Translations under genes and position numbers: made by a program | Notes under the pieces: generated by a model | The model's input: only the letters and a program-made list of their open reading frames with translations | Databases searched by the model: none | What the model was told of the DNA's origin: nothing | Virus record (IMG/VR): IMGVR_UViG_3300048904_000222 | Coordinates: 1-64,000 of that record | Origin: a virus | DNA length: 64,000 nucleotides | Direction: 5' to 3' (one strand) | In this document: piece after piece, positions 24,382 through 33,644 of the stretch | How the letters are laid out: every line of letters starts with the position of its first letter | Numbering within the stretch: the stretch's first letter is position 1

Positions 24382-24450
24382 TACATCTGCGCCGACGATA
24401 GAAAAGTCCAATTGGTGTGACTGGAACTAGTTCGGCACAATGTTGTTCAT

Positions 24451-24475
24451 GCAGGGCAGTAACCCGCTGCCCTGC
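24451..24475 (+). terminator. Stem-loop after the Nudix gene (weak terminator or processing site)
   Basis: GCAGGGCAG-TAACCCG-CTGCCCTGC forms a 9-bp perfect stem with no T-run after it. Confidence 0.35.
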
Positions 24476-24500
24476 AAACACAACACTTTAGGAGCAAAAG

Positions 24501-25238
24501 ATGAATGACGCAGAAATGTTGGCTGCGATGCAAGCAGGCTACCAGACCGTGGAAGTGCGGTTCCTCGCGGATGGTTGGCAGCACCAGTCGGCGCAACCGA
24601 CTTTCCAGGACAAGACGTACAACTACAAGGTCCCGACGGCGTGGGGCGTGCGCGAAGGCGACTGGCTGATCGTGCTGCCGGGCAGTGCGTTCAAAACCGT
24701 TCGCGTGTTCTCCGTGTCCGACATGCCGGAGCTGCTGTCCCACAACGGCCGCCCGCTCAAATGGGCGGTGCAGAAGGTCGATCCGACGTTCTACTTCAAC
24801 GTCGACACCGTGGAACGGCAGATGCTGGCACACGTTCGTGCGGCACAGGTCCGGAAAGAGCGCGAAGCGCTGTTGGCCGAGATGCGCAACACCGTCGGCT
24901 CGGCGGTGGACGAAAGCATGCGTGCGTTCGCCCAACTGCTCGGCGGTCAACCGCTCCAGCTGAACCTGCCGACGGGTGCAGGCGAAGCGGCAGCACAGGC
25001 GGCCCCGGCCACCACGCTCAACTTCGACGCCAGCAAGGTTGCACCGGCAGGTGAACAGGGAAACGTCGGCGCGCAGGCACCCGCAGCCAGCTTCGCGGCT
25101 ACACCGACGGCTGCTGGTACTGACGCACAACTGCGCGCCGCGCAAGAAGGGCTCAACGCAGCCCGTGCGGCGGAGGGTGCGGCGGCACCGGTGGTGGAAG
25201 GCATGCCGCAAGGCACGAAGCCGTCGTGGGCGCAGTAA
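24501..25238 (+). CDS. Hypothetical protein with Ala/Pro-rich tail ending ...KPSWAQ
   Basis: 245 aa with AGGAG upstream. Globular N-terminal half, low-complexity C-terminal half, and a terminal PSWAQ shared with 28179..29135. Confidence 0.6.
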   Translation: MNDAEMLAAMQAGYQTVEVRFLADGWQHQSAQPTFQDKTYNYKVPTAWGVREGDWLIVLPGSAFKTVRVFSVSDMPELLSHNGRPLKWAVQKVDPTFYFNVDTVERQMLAHVRAAQVRKEREALLAEMRNTVGSAVDESMRAFAQLLGGQPLQLNLPTGAGEAAAQAAPATTLNFDASKVAPAGEQGNVGAQAPAASFAATPTAAGTDAQLRAAQEGLNAARAAEGAAAPVVEGMPQGTKPSWAQ

Positions 25239-25423
25239 CACCGGAGCTGATACTCGAGACGCTTGCGCGTTGTGGTGACGGCGCGCAAGTAATCGATATC
25301 ATGCGGGAGCTCCGCCTCGCTGGTTATTCCGGTCTCGGACTGGTCAGTGAGTTTTGCTGTACAATACGTCACATGGGCTTCACGGTGCAACAAGACCGCG
25401 AAGTATTTAAAGTCTCAATCTAA
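25226..25423 (+). CDS. Hypothetical protein (65 aa; start uncertain)
   Basis: Track ORF with a GTG start overlapping the previous gene, and no clear RBS. Confidence 0.35.
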   Translation: MGAVTPELILETLARCGDGAQVIDIMRELRLAGYSGLGLVSEFCCTIRHMGFTVQQDREVFKVSI

Positions 25424-25432
25424 GAGGTAATC

Positions 25433-25927
25433 ATGGTACAAATCCCGGAGCAACCCTTCAGCCTTGCAGACATCAGCGAGTGGTTCAAGCTCAAGCAGGA
25501 GCTGGCGGCACTCAAGACCAAGGAAATGCTTGCACGTGTCAATGTGTTCAAGCATACGTTCGGCCTGAACCCGGACACGAAGCTGGAAGGCACCAACAAC
25601 TACGAACTGCCGGACCACTACGTCCTCAAGGCAGTCACGTCGCTCAACCGCGATCTGGAAATCGAAGTTCTGCGGGCAATCGCAGAAGAGCTGCACACGA
25701 AATTCAACATCGTGGCCGACGACCTTGTGCGCTGGAAACCGGAGCTCAACCTGCCCGCTTACCGCGAGCTGTGCAAGGAGCACCCGGAAGCCGCAAAGTT
25801 CTTCGATCAGTGCATCACGGCGAAGCCCGGCACCCCGCAGCTCGACATCACGCTGCCGAAGAAGTTCCAGGGCAAAGGCGACCTGACTCCGCCGTCGGTC
25901 AGCGAACAGATCAAGACGCCGTTCTAA
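25433..25927 (+). CDS. Hypothetical protein (164 aa)
   Basis: Track ORF with AAGAGG upstream and protein-like composition. Confidence 0.55.
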   Translation: MVQIPEQPFSLADISEWFKLKQELAALKTKEMLARVNVFKHTFGLNPDTKLEGTNNYELPDHYVLKAVTSLNRDLEIEVLRAIAEELHTKFNIVADDLVRWKPELNLPAYRELCKEHPEAAKFFDQCITAKPGTPQLDITLPKKFQGKGDLTPPSVSEQIKTPF

Positions 25928-25976
25928 TACACCACACTTGCCGTCGCACAGGCGGCAAGTCTTTCGGAGAATAAGA

Positions 25977-26480
25977 ATGCTTGTCACAGTCATTGCTGAC
26001 GCAAGCTTTGCAGTTCGAAGCAAATATCAATCTTCTGGCTGGGCCGCTTACGTGGTCCGCGACAATGTACGTCGGTACTATGGCGGTTCGTTTCACATGC
26101 AAATGGTCAGCAATATTACCGCAGAATGCGGGGCCATTGTGAACGGCGTCTGGTCCGCGCTTGAAGCAAATCATATCTGTGAAGGTGACAGGCTTATCAT
26201 CCAAACAGACTGTATGGCGGCCATCGAGCTGCTTCCGAAAGGGTACGGAAGTATTAGCGGTTCCCACAAGAAGCGGCCGCATATGAAGCAGATCAACGAA
26301 ATGCATTTCGAGTTTGCTCGGCTTATGCTCGTCAACGGCTTGAAGTACGAATTCAGGCACGTTCGCGGGCATACTAACGACACTGCGAGCCGCAGCTTTG
26401 TGCAAGGCCAGTGCGACCGACTTGCACGCCGGCACATGGCAATTCAAGACAACGAAAGGAGAAAGGCAGATGGCGGGTGA
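25977..26480 (+). CDS. rnh: Ribonuclease H (RNase HI-like)
   Basis: Track ORF trimmed to ATG 25977. The DEDD(H) pattern is present: VIADAS, AECGAI, IQTDC, VRGH, QCDRLA. Confidence 0.7.
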   Translation: MLVTVIADASFAVRSKYQSSGWAAYVVRDNVRRYYGGSFHMQMVSNITAECGAIVNGVWSALEANHICEGDRLIIQTDCMAAIELLPKGYGSISGSHKKRPHMKQINEMHFEFARLMLVNGLKYEFRHVRGHTNDTASRSFVQGQCDRLARRHMAIQDNERRKADGG

Positions 26481-27426
26481 AGGCATCGTAAAGGGGCCAA
26501 TGCTGGCGGTTGAAGTTGACCTGGAAAAGCTGACGTTTCCATGCTACGGAAGTCCGAAGCTCGATGGCGTGCGGGCTACGTGCCACCACGAAACCGGCGC
26601 AGCCATGTCCCGCAACAACATCGCCATTCCGTGCGATTACGTGCAGGAACAGTTCGGCATGGATTGGGCCGGGCTGGACGGCGAGCTGATTGTCGGGCCG
26701 TGGAACGCCAAGGACGTCTTCAACCGCACCACGCGCAACGGGGTGATGACGGAAGACGCCAAGCCTGACTTCCAGTTCGTTGTGTTCGACTATTACAACG
26801 ATCCGAATCCCAACCGTCCGTATGAAGAGCGATACGAGCGTCTGCGCTGGGCCTTCGACAATATGCCGAAGTCGGTTTCGCGCGGGCGGCTTGTGCTGCT
26901 CCAGCAAGTGCTGATCACTTCGCTTGACCATTTGACCGAATACGCTGAAAGCAATATCGAAGCCGGATACGAAGGCACTATGGTTCGCCGTCGGGACGGC
27001 ATCTACAAGTTCGGCCGCAGCACCGCCAAGCAAGGTTACCTCCTGAAAGTGAAAAAGTTCCAGGACGACGAAGCTATTATCGTCGGTGCCGAGGAGCTTA
27101 TGTCGAACCAGAACGAGGCGGAAATCGGCGAGGTTGGTCAGACCAAGCGCAGCACCAAGAAGGAAGGCTTGGTTCCGATGAACATGCTGGGCGCGCTGGT
27201 TGTCAAAGACGTCAAGACCGGGGTGTTCTTCAATATCGGAAGCGGCTTCGACATGGAAATGCGCGCATACTTGTGGGAACAGCACAAGAGCGGCGAGCTG
27301 TACGGCAAGATCGTGACGTATAAACATTTCCCTATCGGTGCGAAAGATAAGCCTCGTTTTCCAATTTTTAAAGGCATTCGCCACCCTGCGGATACGCCCG
27401 CCCTTAAAGGCGTCGCGGTAAAATAG
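26470..27426 (+). CDS. lig: ATP-dependent DNA ligase
   Basis: Track ORF trimmed to ATG 26470, preceded by AAAGGAG. Adenylation motif I is SPKLDGVR; also EGTMVRR and LLKVKKF. The size is typical of small phage ligases. Confidence 0.85.
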   Translation: MAGEGIVKGPMLAVEVDLEKLTFPCYGSPKLDGVRATCHHETGAAMSRNNIAIPCDYVQEQFGMDWAGLDGELIVGPWNAKDVFNRTTRNGVMTEDAKPDFQFVVFDYYNDPNPNRPYEERYERLRWAFDNMPKSVSRGRLVLLQQVLITSLDHLTEYAESNIEAGYEGTMVRRRDGIYKFGRSTAKQGYLLKVKKFQDDEAIIVGAEELMSNQNEAEIGEVGQTKRSTKKEGLVPMNMLGALVVKDVKTGVFFNIGSGFDMEMRAYLWEQHKSGELYGKIVTYKHFPIGAKDKPRFPIFKGIRHPADTPALKGVAVK

Positions 27427-27448
27427 CCGTACTAATTAAGGAGCCTTG

Positions 27449-28129
27449 ATGGCACTCAAATTCACCACAACCGACCAAGCATCGCTGTCGCAGGGCGTCA
27501 AATGCCTTGTGTATGGCGATGCGGGTATGGGTAAGACGACGCTGTGCGCCACGCTACCCACCCCGGTCATCCTGTCGGCGGAATCCGGCCTTCTGTCGCT
27601 GCGCAAACACAGTTTGCCGGTGATCCAGATCGACAATGTCACCGACCTGCAAGAAGCATACGCATGGGTCGCGGGCAGTGCAGAAGCTCGCCAATTCCAG
27701 TCTGTCGCACTGGACTCCCTCACGGAAATCGCTGAGCAGGTGCTCAACAACGCCAAGCGGCAGGTCAAAGACCCGCGCCAAGCTTACGGCGAGTTGATCG
27801 AAAAGATGGAATCGGTTATCCGTCTTTTCCGCGATCTCCCGGGAAAGAACGTGTATATGTCGGCAAAGATGGAGCCGATGAAAGACGAGTTGACGGGTAT
27901 CGTCACCTATGGCCCGAGCATGCCGGGTGCCAAGCTGGGACCGAAACTTCCGTACTTCTTCGACTTCGTTTTCCGCCTTGGCGTCAATCAGACACAGGAC
28001 GGGCAGAAGTATCGCTTTCTGCAAACGCAACCCGAGCTCAAGTACATCGCAAAAGATCGTAGCGGTGCACTCGACGCAATCGAGCCGCCGGACCTGAACC
28101 ATGTGATTGCCAAGGTTCGCACGAATTAA
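27449..28129 (+). CDS. RecA-like ATPase (AAA_24 / Sak4-like recombination protein)
   Basis: 226 aa with Walker A VYGDAGMGKTT, AAGGAG upstream, and the typical partnering with a DUF669-type gene downstream. Confidence 0.7.
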   Translation: MALKFTTTDQASLSQGVKCLVYGDAGMGKTTLCATLPTPVILSAESGLLSLRKHSLPVIQIDNVTDLQEAYAWVAGSAEARQFQSVALDSLTEIAEQVLNNAKRQVKDPRQAYGELIEKMESVIRLFRDLPGKNVYMSAKMEPMKDELTGIVTYGPSMPGAKLGPKLPYFFDFVFRLGVNQTQDGQKYRFLQTQPELKYIAKDRSGALDAIEPPDLNHVIAKVRTN

Positions 28130-28178
28130 AAAGTTTCTCAACGGCCCCGATATAAGGCCAATCAAAAGGAGCAGTAAA

Positions 28179-29135
28179 ATGGCTGGTTTGAATTTTGACG
28201 CAACCAACGTCGCCCCGGATGCAGGTCGTGAGGTTGTGCCGGAAGACTGGTACGATCTGCAGGTCACCGGTTCGGAAATCAAGCCGACGAACGGCGAAAA
28301 AGGCCCCGGCGCGCAACTGGTGGCGGAGATCACCGTCATCTCCGGCAAGTATGCCAACCGCAAGATGTGGTCGCGTTTCAACGTGCAGAACCCGAACCCG
28401 GAAGCCGTGCGCATCGGCTACGCACAACTGTCCGCCCTCTGCCACGCCGTCGGCGTCCTGCAAGTCGCAGACAGTCAACAGCTCCACGGCATTCCGTTCA
28501 AGGGCAAGGTGAAGATCCGAAAGGGCGGCGTGCGGCCTGAAGGCGGCAATTACGACGACCAGAACGAAGTGTCCGTTTACAAGCACGCCAGCGATCCGCA
28601 GCCGACCAACACCGTCGCCAACGCCCCGTCGCTGCCCGGCGCAGCCACGGCCGGCGGAACCCCGAGCTGGGCCGCGCAGCCGGCCGCAGCCGCCCCCGTG
28701 GCCGCCGCCCCGGCCGCTGGTGCCGCACCGTCGTGGGCGGCCCCGGCAGCACCCGCCCCGGCAGCCGCAGCACCGGTCGCAGCCGCGCCGGTAGCAGCGC
28801 AGCAAGCGGCCCCGGCTGGTGCGCCGGGCTGGGCCAACGGGCAGCCGACGCAACCGGCCGCAGCCCCGGCAGCGCAGGCAGCCGCCCCGGCACAACCGGA
28901 CCACCCGGCAGTCGCCGCAGCGCAGGCAGCGCAGCCCCCTTTCGTGATGGCACAGGCGGCTGCGCCGGTGGCGGCTGCTGCGACCCCGACTGCACCCGTG
29001 CAGGCTCCGACGGTTGCATCCACACCGGCACCTGGATTTGCGCCCGCGCAAGCGGCTGCTCCGGCGGCTGAAGCGGCTCCGAGCTGGGCGCAGCAGGCAG
29101 CACCGGCAGGGCAGACGCCGAGCTGGGCGCAGTAA
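28179..29135 (+). CDS. DUF669-type SSB-like protein with long Ala/Pro-rich tail ending ...PSWAQ
   Basis: Track ORF trimmed to ATG 28179, preceded by AAAGGAG. The N-terminal ~150 aa (MAGLNFDATNVAPDAGREVVPEDWYDLQVTGSEIKPT...) fit the DUF669 pattern. The C-terminal ~170 aa are A/P low complexity with 4 copies of PSWA plus 1 variant PGWA. Confidence 0.65.
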   Translation: MAGLNFDATNVAPDAGREVVPEDWYDLQVTGSEIKPTNGEKGPGAQLVAEITVISGKYANRKMWSRFNVQNPNPEAVRIGYAQLSALCHAVGVLQVADSQQLHGIPFKGKVKIRKGGVRPEGGNYDDQNEVSVYKHASDPQPTNTVANAPSLPGAATAGGTPSWAAQPAAAAPVAAAPAAGAAPSWAAPAAPAPAAAAPVAAAPVAAQQAAPAGAPGWANGQPTQPAAAPAAQAAAPAQPDHPAVAAAQAAQPPFVMAQAAAPVAAAATPTAPVQAPTVASTPAPGFAPAQAAAPAAEAAPSWAQQAAPAGQTPSWAQ

Positions 29136-29151
29136 GTATTCCTCGCTCCAT

Positions 29152-29172
29152 CCGCTGTAAAAAGCGGGTTTT
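29152..29172 (+). terminator. Intrinsic terminator (first of a tandem pair)
   Basis: CCGCT-GTAAAA-AGCGG followed by GTTTT. Confidence 0.5.
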
Positions 29173-29173
29173 G

Positions 29174-29201
29174 ACGGCCGCCTAGTGCGGCCGTATTTTT
29201 C
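29174..29201 (+). terminator. Intrinsic terminator (second of a tandem pair)
   Basis: ACGGCCGC-CTAGT-GCGGCCGT followed by ATTTTT. Confidence 0.8.
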
Positions 29202-29212
29202 TGGAGTAGAAT

Positions 29213-30127
29213 ATGTATCTCGCCGTTAAAACGAAAGAACAAATCGATGCGGCCATTGAGGCGGATCAAGGCGCATCGTTCCGCAAACTGCTCGGGCAAG
29301 CAATTGTCGAATCGAGCGACGCCTTCCGCAGTGACAACGAACCGTTCCGCGGCCACCTTGGCGCGTCTATTATCGGACAGGATTGCGGTCGCAAAGTCTA
29401 TTACGACTGGCATTGGGCGACACGCGAAAAGATTTCAGCTCGCGTTTTGCGCCTATTCAATCGAGGCCATCTGGAGGAAGCACGTTTCATTGCCATGCTC
29501 CGTATGATCGGCGTGGAGGTGTACCAGCACGACAGCAATGGCAAGCAATTCCGAATCATGGACTGCGCCGGGCATTACAGCGGCAGCGGCGATGGCATTG
29601 CCGTGGGAATCCCCGACATTCAGCCGGGCATGCCGTGCCTTCTGGAATTCAAAACGCACAATGACAAGTCGTTTATAAAACTTGTCAAAGAAGGCGTGAA
29701 GATGGCGAAACCAGAGCATTACGTCCAGATGAACCAGTACATGGGTAAGTTTGGTTTCGGAATTGCATTGTATGGGGCGGTGAATAAGAACAACGACGAC
29801 ATCCACTGGGAGTTGGTGCCGTTCGACCGTGAGAATTATGAAGCGTACATGGAACGCGCCCACAAGATTGTTTGGGCGGACAGGATTCCCACACGCATCA
29901 ATAACAGCCCGTCGTGGTTCCAATGTAGCTGGTGTTCGCACAAGAAAATATGTCACGGTCTTGGTGCAGTCCCGGATAAGAACTGTCGAACGTGCGCATA
30001 TTCGCAACCTATCGACGACCGGAATGAAGGCGGTTCTTGGGTCTGCAAGCTGTACAATAATGCTGTAATTCCTAAGGAAGTGCAGTTCAACGGCTGCCCG
30101 TCATACGTCGTTAATAAGGAGCTGTAA
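29213..30127 (+). CDS. PD-(D/E)XK exonuclease with C-terminal Cys cluster (Cas4/RecB-like)
   Basis: 304 aa with GSGDG...LLEFK...QMNQY nuclease motifs and a C-terminal CSWCSHKKIC...CRTC...C cluster. Confidence 0.65.
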   Translation: MYLAVKTKEQIDAAIEADQGASFRKLLGQAIVESSDAFRSDNEPFRGHLGASIIGQDCGRKVYYDWHWATREKISARVLRLFNRGHLEEARFIAMLRMIGVEVYQHDSNGKQFRIMDCAGHYSGSGDGIAVGIPDIQPGMPCLLEFKTHNDKSFIKLVKEGVKMAKPEHYVQMNQYMGKFGFGIALYGAVNKNNDDIHWELVPFDRENYEAYMERAHKIVWADRIPTRINNSPSWFQCSWCSHKKICHGLGAVPDKNCRTCAYSQPIDDRNEGGSWVCKLYNNAVIPKEVQFNGCPSYVVNKEL

Positions 30128-30128
30128 G

Positions 30129-32063
30129 GTGCCAATCGCAATTGACCCCCGAGATTATCAGATCTGGTGTCATAATGCGCTCCACAAGTGGTTTGCCAAT
30201 AACAGGACTGGCAACCCATTGGTTGTGGAGCCTACCGGGACAGGCAAGTCGGTTCAGATTGCTATGTGGCTCTACGATATTTTTCGTAATTGGCCTTCCC
30301 AACGAGTCCTTGTAATTACTCATGTTAAAGAGCTGATCGCACAGAACTACGAAAAGCTCAAGCTGCTATGGCCGGAAGCCCCGGCTGGCATCTATAGCGC
30401 AGGTATTGGTCGTAAGGATACATTCTTTCCGATCACATTTTGCGGTGTTGCGTCGATTGCAAAGAACGCAAGCTCTTTGTTCGGGCATGTCGATTTGATT
30501 CTGATTGACGAAGCGCATCTGGTTTCGCCAGACGAACTTACGATGTACCGAAAGATCATTGACATGTTGATGGTCATTAACCCTAAGCTGAGGGTTATCG
30601 GCTACACAGCAACCCCGTGGCGCTTGGGCGGCGGCCATCTTACTGAGTGCGGACTGTTCACCGACGTTGCATTCGACATGGGTAAGATGGAGCCGTTCAA
30701 CTGGCTCTTAGACCAAGGTTATCTGCTGCCGATCGTTTCGCCGAAGACTGACACCATCCTTGACACTGAAGGCTTGCATAAGCGGGGTGGCGACTTTATC
30801 GAAAAGGAAATGCAGGTTGCTTTCGATAAATCGGAACTGACCGAAAGCATTGTCCGCGAATCAATTCGTATGGGCGCAAAACGGCATAGCTGGCTGGCAT
30901 TCTGCAGCGGTATTGAACATGCCGAGAATATGGCAGAATGCTTCAATATGTACGGTATCGAAACCGCTGCTGTGCATTCGAAGATGAAAGGGGATCGAGA
31001 TAAGATCATTCGGGCTTTCCAGCACGGCGATATTAAATGCGTTACGAACAATGGGGTGCTAACGACAGGGTTCGACCATCCCGCGCTCGACATGATTATC
31101 ATGGCGCGTGCAACTGATTCTGCGACCTTGTGGGTGCAGATGTGTGGGCGCGGCACCCGCCCTGTGTACGTGGAAGGATTCGATCTTAAATCGCAAGAAG
31201 GGCGGCTGGCAAGTATTGCAAACAGCCAGAAACAGAACACGCTGCTGCTCGACTTTGCACGTAATACGAAACGTAACGGGCCGATTAATGATCCTCTTAT
31301 TCCACGGAAGAAAGGTTCAGGAAAAGGTGACGCGCCGGTCAAAGAGTGCCCTGAATGCGGGTGCACCGTGCATGCGTCGCTGCGCGTATGCAACGGCCTG
31401 CGCCCATTCGGTACGCTGGCCCAGCAGGCTAAGGAAGCCATTGTTGCGGAGACAATGAAGAACTACGAAGCCGACGACATGGTCAAGTGCGGCTTCGTAT
31501 TCCCGATCGCAAGCAAGCTGAACCTTGTAGCTGCGTCGGACGATATTATCAAGAGCGATCTGCCAATCTTTGAGGTCTTCAAAGTATCACACATCAGTTA
31601 CGCGATTCAGAAAAGTAAGTCCGGTGGCATTCCAATGCTCAAGGTGACGTACTATTACGGGCACCAGTCTGTAACAGAATTCGTGTGCCCGGAACACCCG
31701 CCAAAGCCAAACGGCGGAAAGTCATTCCCGAGGTTGAAGGCCGAGCAATGGTGGGCGCTGCGTTGTGGGAAAGGCGATAAGGTGCCAGACACGGCGGCGG
31801 AGATGCTTGAGATTGTGAACATGTTGCCGCAACCGAAACATGTAAATGTCTGGACTAACAAGCAATATCCAGAACTGATGCGTGTCGATTTTAGCGGAAC
31901 GGCATTCGGTACTGAGGCTAAGTCGGAGGATTCGCCACAAGTCGAAGTAGTTGAAGCGCAGATGCGGGGTGTGAGCTTCAACCTTGGCGCTGGCGCAGCA
32001 GCTTCAGCGTCGCCGCGCGCCCCGGCAGGAGTTGACGAATATGATGACGACATACCTTTTTAG
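30129..32063 (+). CDS. SF2 DEAD/DEAH-box DNA helicase with Zn-ribbon and SSB-like acidic C-terminal tip
   Basis: 644 aa with a GTG start after AAGGAG. Walker A PTGTGKS and DEAH box LILIDEAHLV. Also CPECGC...C, and the extreme C-terminus is ...GVDEYDDDIPF. Confidence 0.85.
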   Translation: MPIAIDPRDYQIWCHNALHKWFANNRTGNPLVVEPTGTGKSVQIAMWLYDIFRNWPSQRVLVITHVKELIAQNYEKLKLLWPEAPAGIYSAGIGRKDTFFPITFCGVASIAKNASSLFGHVDLILIDEAHLVSPDELTMYRKIIDMLMVINPKLRVIGYTATPWRLGGGHLTECGLFTDVAFDMGKMEPFNWLLDQGYLLPIVSPKTDTILDTEGLHKRGGDFIEKEMQVAFDKSELTESIVRESIRMGAKRHSWLAFCSGIEHAENMAECFNMYGIETAAVHSKMKGDRDKIIRAFQHGDIKCVTNNGVLTTGFDHPALDMIIMARATDSATLWVQMCGRGTRPVYVEGFDLKSQEGRLASIANSQKQNTLLLDFARNTKRNGPINDPLIPRKKGSGKGDAPVKECPECGCTVHASLRVCNGLRPFGTLAQQAKEAIVAETMKNYEADDMVKCGFVFPIASKLNLVAASDDIIKSDLPIFEVFKVSHISYAIQKSKSGGIPMLKVTYYYGHQSVTEFVCPEHPPKPNGGKSFPRLKAEQWWALRCGKGDKVPDTAAEMLEIVNMLPQPKHVNVWTNKQYPELMRVDFSGTAFGTEAKSEDSPQVEVVEAQMRGVSFNLGAGAAASASPRAPAGVDEYDDDIPF

Positions 32064-32192
32064 GATCCGACTATCGACTTATCGGCCGATTAATCGTATG
32101 ATCGGTCGTGATAGAAAAGATTGCTTTGCGTATTAGATCTGTATGCCCCACAATTGCATCACGCCGTTAAACATAAGAGCAAGGAGTGGCAA

Positions 32193-32969
32193 ATGGAAGG
32201 CAAAGCGTACACCAGCCGGAGCAACGCAAAGCGTGCCGCGCTGAAGGAATACCCGGAAGGCAACTACGAAATCTACGCGCAGGGCGAAGGATTCGCCTTC
32301 CGCGGGCTGGAGATCGAGATCGCCGAAGACGGTGAGAAGTTTGTCGACCCGGCTGTGATTGACGGGTTGGCGGACTACCAACGTCCTGCCGCACAGGCTA
32401 TGGTGCAGGAAGCCCTGTACGCCGAGCCGCCTATGCCGCCTAGCGCTTTCGCCAACATGTTCGGCGGCCTTGTGCAAGGCGCAGACAGTGAGGTTGCGGC
32501 CCGTGTGCTGGCTGCTTCCCACACCGGCAGCAAGCGCAGCCACAAGCTGGACGACAACGAAGGCGGATGCCCGCTGTGCGGCGCGGTGGCAAGCTCCGTC
32601 ACGCTGGTGGATTCGAATCAGGCGGGAGACGATGACCGCCGCGACTGCCACGAATGCGGGCGTCGTTTCAACGCACGGACCGGGATCGAGATCAAGTACG
32701 GCTACACGAAGACGGACGTCGCTCGCGGCCACAAGATCGAGAAGAACCGCGAAACGCAGAACGGCATCACGCGGCCCAGCGCAGGCACCCTGTGCCGGGC
32801 AGTATGGGATGCGTGCGACGAAGCTCAAGCGGCCGCAGGCGGCACCATGCCGTCGGCAAAGGATATGCGAAAGGTGAACGACGATAAGGGTTGGAACATG
32901 AACAACACCCTTATCGAATATTACCAGTGGCGCAAGTTCATGGGCTACAGCAAGAAGCGAGGTGCATGA
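32193..32969 (+). CDS. Paralog-family protein (RSNAxRAA N-terminus, Zn-ribbon, ...YQWRKF C-terminus)
   Basis: Track ORF trimmed to ATG 32193, preceded by AAGGAG. Sequence runs MEGKAYTSRSNAKRAALKEY..., CPLCG...CHECG, ...QNGITRPSAGTLCRAVWDACD...NMNNTLIEYYQWRKFMG. Confidence 0.6.
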   Translation: MEGKAYTSRSNAKRAALKEYPEGNYEIYAQGEGFAFRGLEIEIAEDGEKFVDPAVIDGLADYQRPAAQAMVQEALYAEPPMPPSAFANMFGGLVQGADSEVAARVLAASHTGSKRSHKLDDNEGGCPLCGAVASSVTLVDSNQAGDDDRRDCHECGRRFNARTGIEIKYGYTKTDVARGHKIEKNRETQNGITRPSAGTLCRAVWDACDEAQAAAGGTMPSAKDMRKVNDDKGWNMNNTLIEYYQWRKFMGYSKKRGA

Positions 32970-33244
32970 TGAGCTCGATTCTCGAACGGTTGCGCTTCGC
33001 CGCCAAGTATTACATAGCATGTGTTGCGGAGGAGCGAAAGGAAAAGAACTCTTTCGACAAGATCCAAACCTGTGCGCGAAATTCACCAAGGGATGGAGAT
33101 CTGCGGGCGTTGGAAACGCAAGCTGTAAAGGCGTTGAACCGCGCAACTGACGAACGTAGAGCAGCCGAGCACAATCTCGCCGTTGCAATACAGGAAGCAG
33201 AATCGCAGACGTTAAAAACGTCTATCCGCGACACCTGCAGATAG
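32966..33244 (+). CDS. Hypothetical protein (92 aa)
   Basis: Track ORF trimmed to ATG 32966, which overlaps the previous stop (ATGA). Confidence 0.45.
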   Translation: MMSSILERLRFAAKYYIACVAEERKEKNSFDKIQTCARNSPRDGDLRALETQAVKALNRATDERRAAEHNLAVAIQEAESQTLKTSIRDTCR

Positions 33245-33328
33245 AATAATTCCATCCCGGCGCAGGAACTATTCTGTACAATAGGTTCATGTGCAGCACA
33301 TTTCGGGCTGCAACACTTGGAGTTAAAA

Positions 33329-33640
33329 ATGAAATTCCTCGAAGAAAAGAAGAGCGAGTATTCTGACGGTACGACAAAACATTACCATGCTACCCGCGAC
33401 GAAGCCTTGAAGCTGATTCGCAATGCCCCGGCCCGTGTGCGTTTCTACGCACACGTCGATGTCGCAGTCGGCATCGATGCGGATCTCGATCATTTTTATC
33501 GACACCACACCTCGGTCCCGCTCACGCGTCCGGCGGCAAAGGGCCTCATCGAGGATGTGATGCGCAACGCGAAACCTGAAGAGCGCGTCATCGTCAAAGA
33601 CTACGTCGACGGTGACTACCGCGCAATCTATTTCGGGTGA
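33329..33640 (+). CDS. Hypothetical protein (103 aa)
   Basis: Track ORF trimmed to ATG 33329, preceded by GGAG. Confidence 0.5.
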   Translation: MKFLEEKKSEYSDGTTKHYHATRDEALKLIRNAPARVRFYAHVDVAVGIDADLDHFYRHHTSVPLTRPAAKGLIEDVMRNAKPEERVIVKDYVDGDYRAIYFG

Positions 33641-33644
33641 TACC

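Noticed and set aside
28620-29130. Extremely GC-rich repetitive DNA, open in most frames, as a possible non-coding tandem repeat or mobile insertion
   Set aside because: It is fully explained as the Ala/Pro-rich low-complexity tail (GCN/CCN codons, PSWA repeats) of the DUF669-type protein, in frame with the recognisable N-terminal domain.
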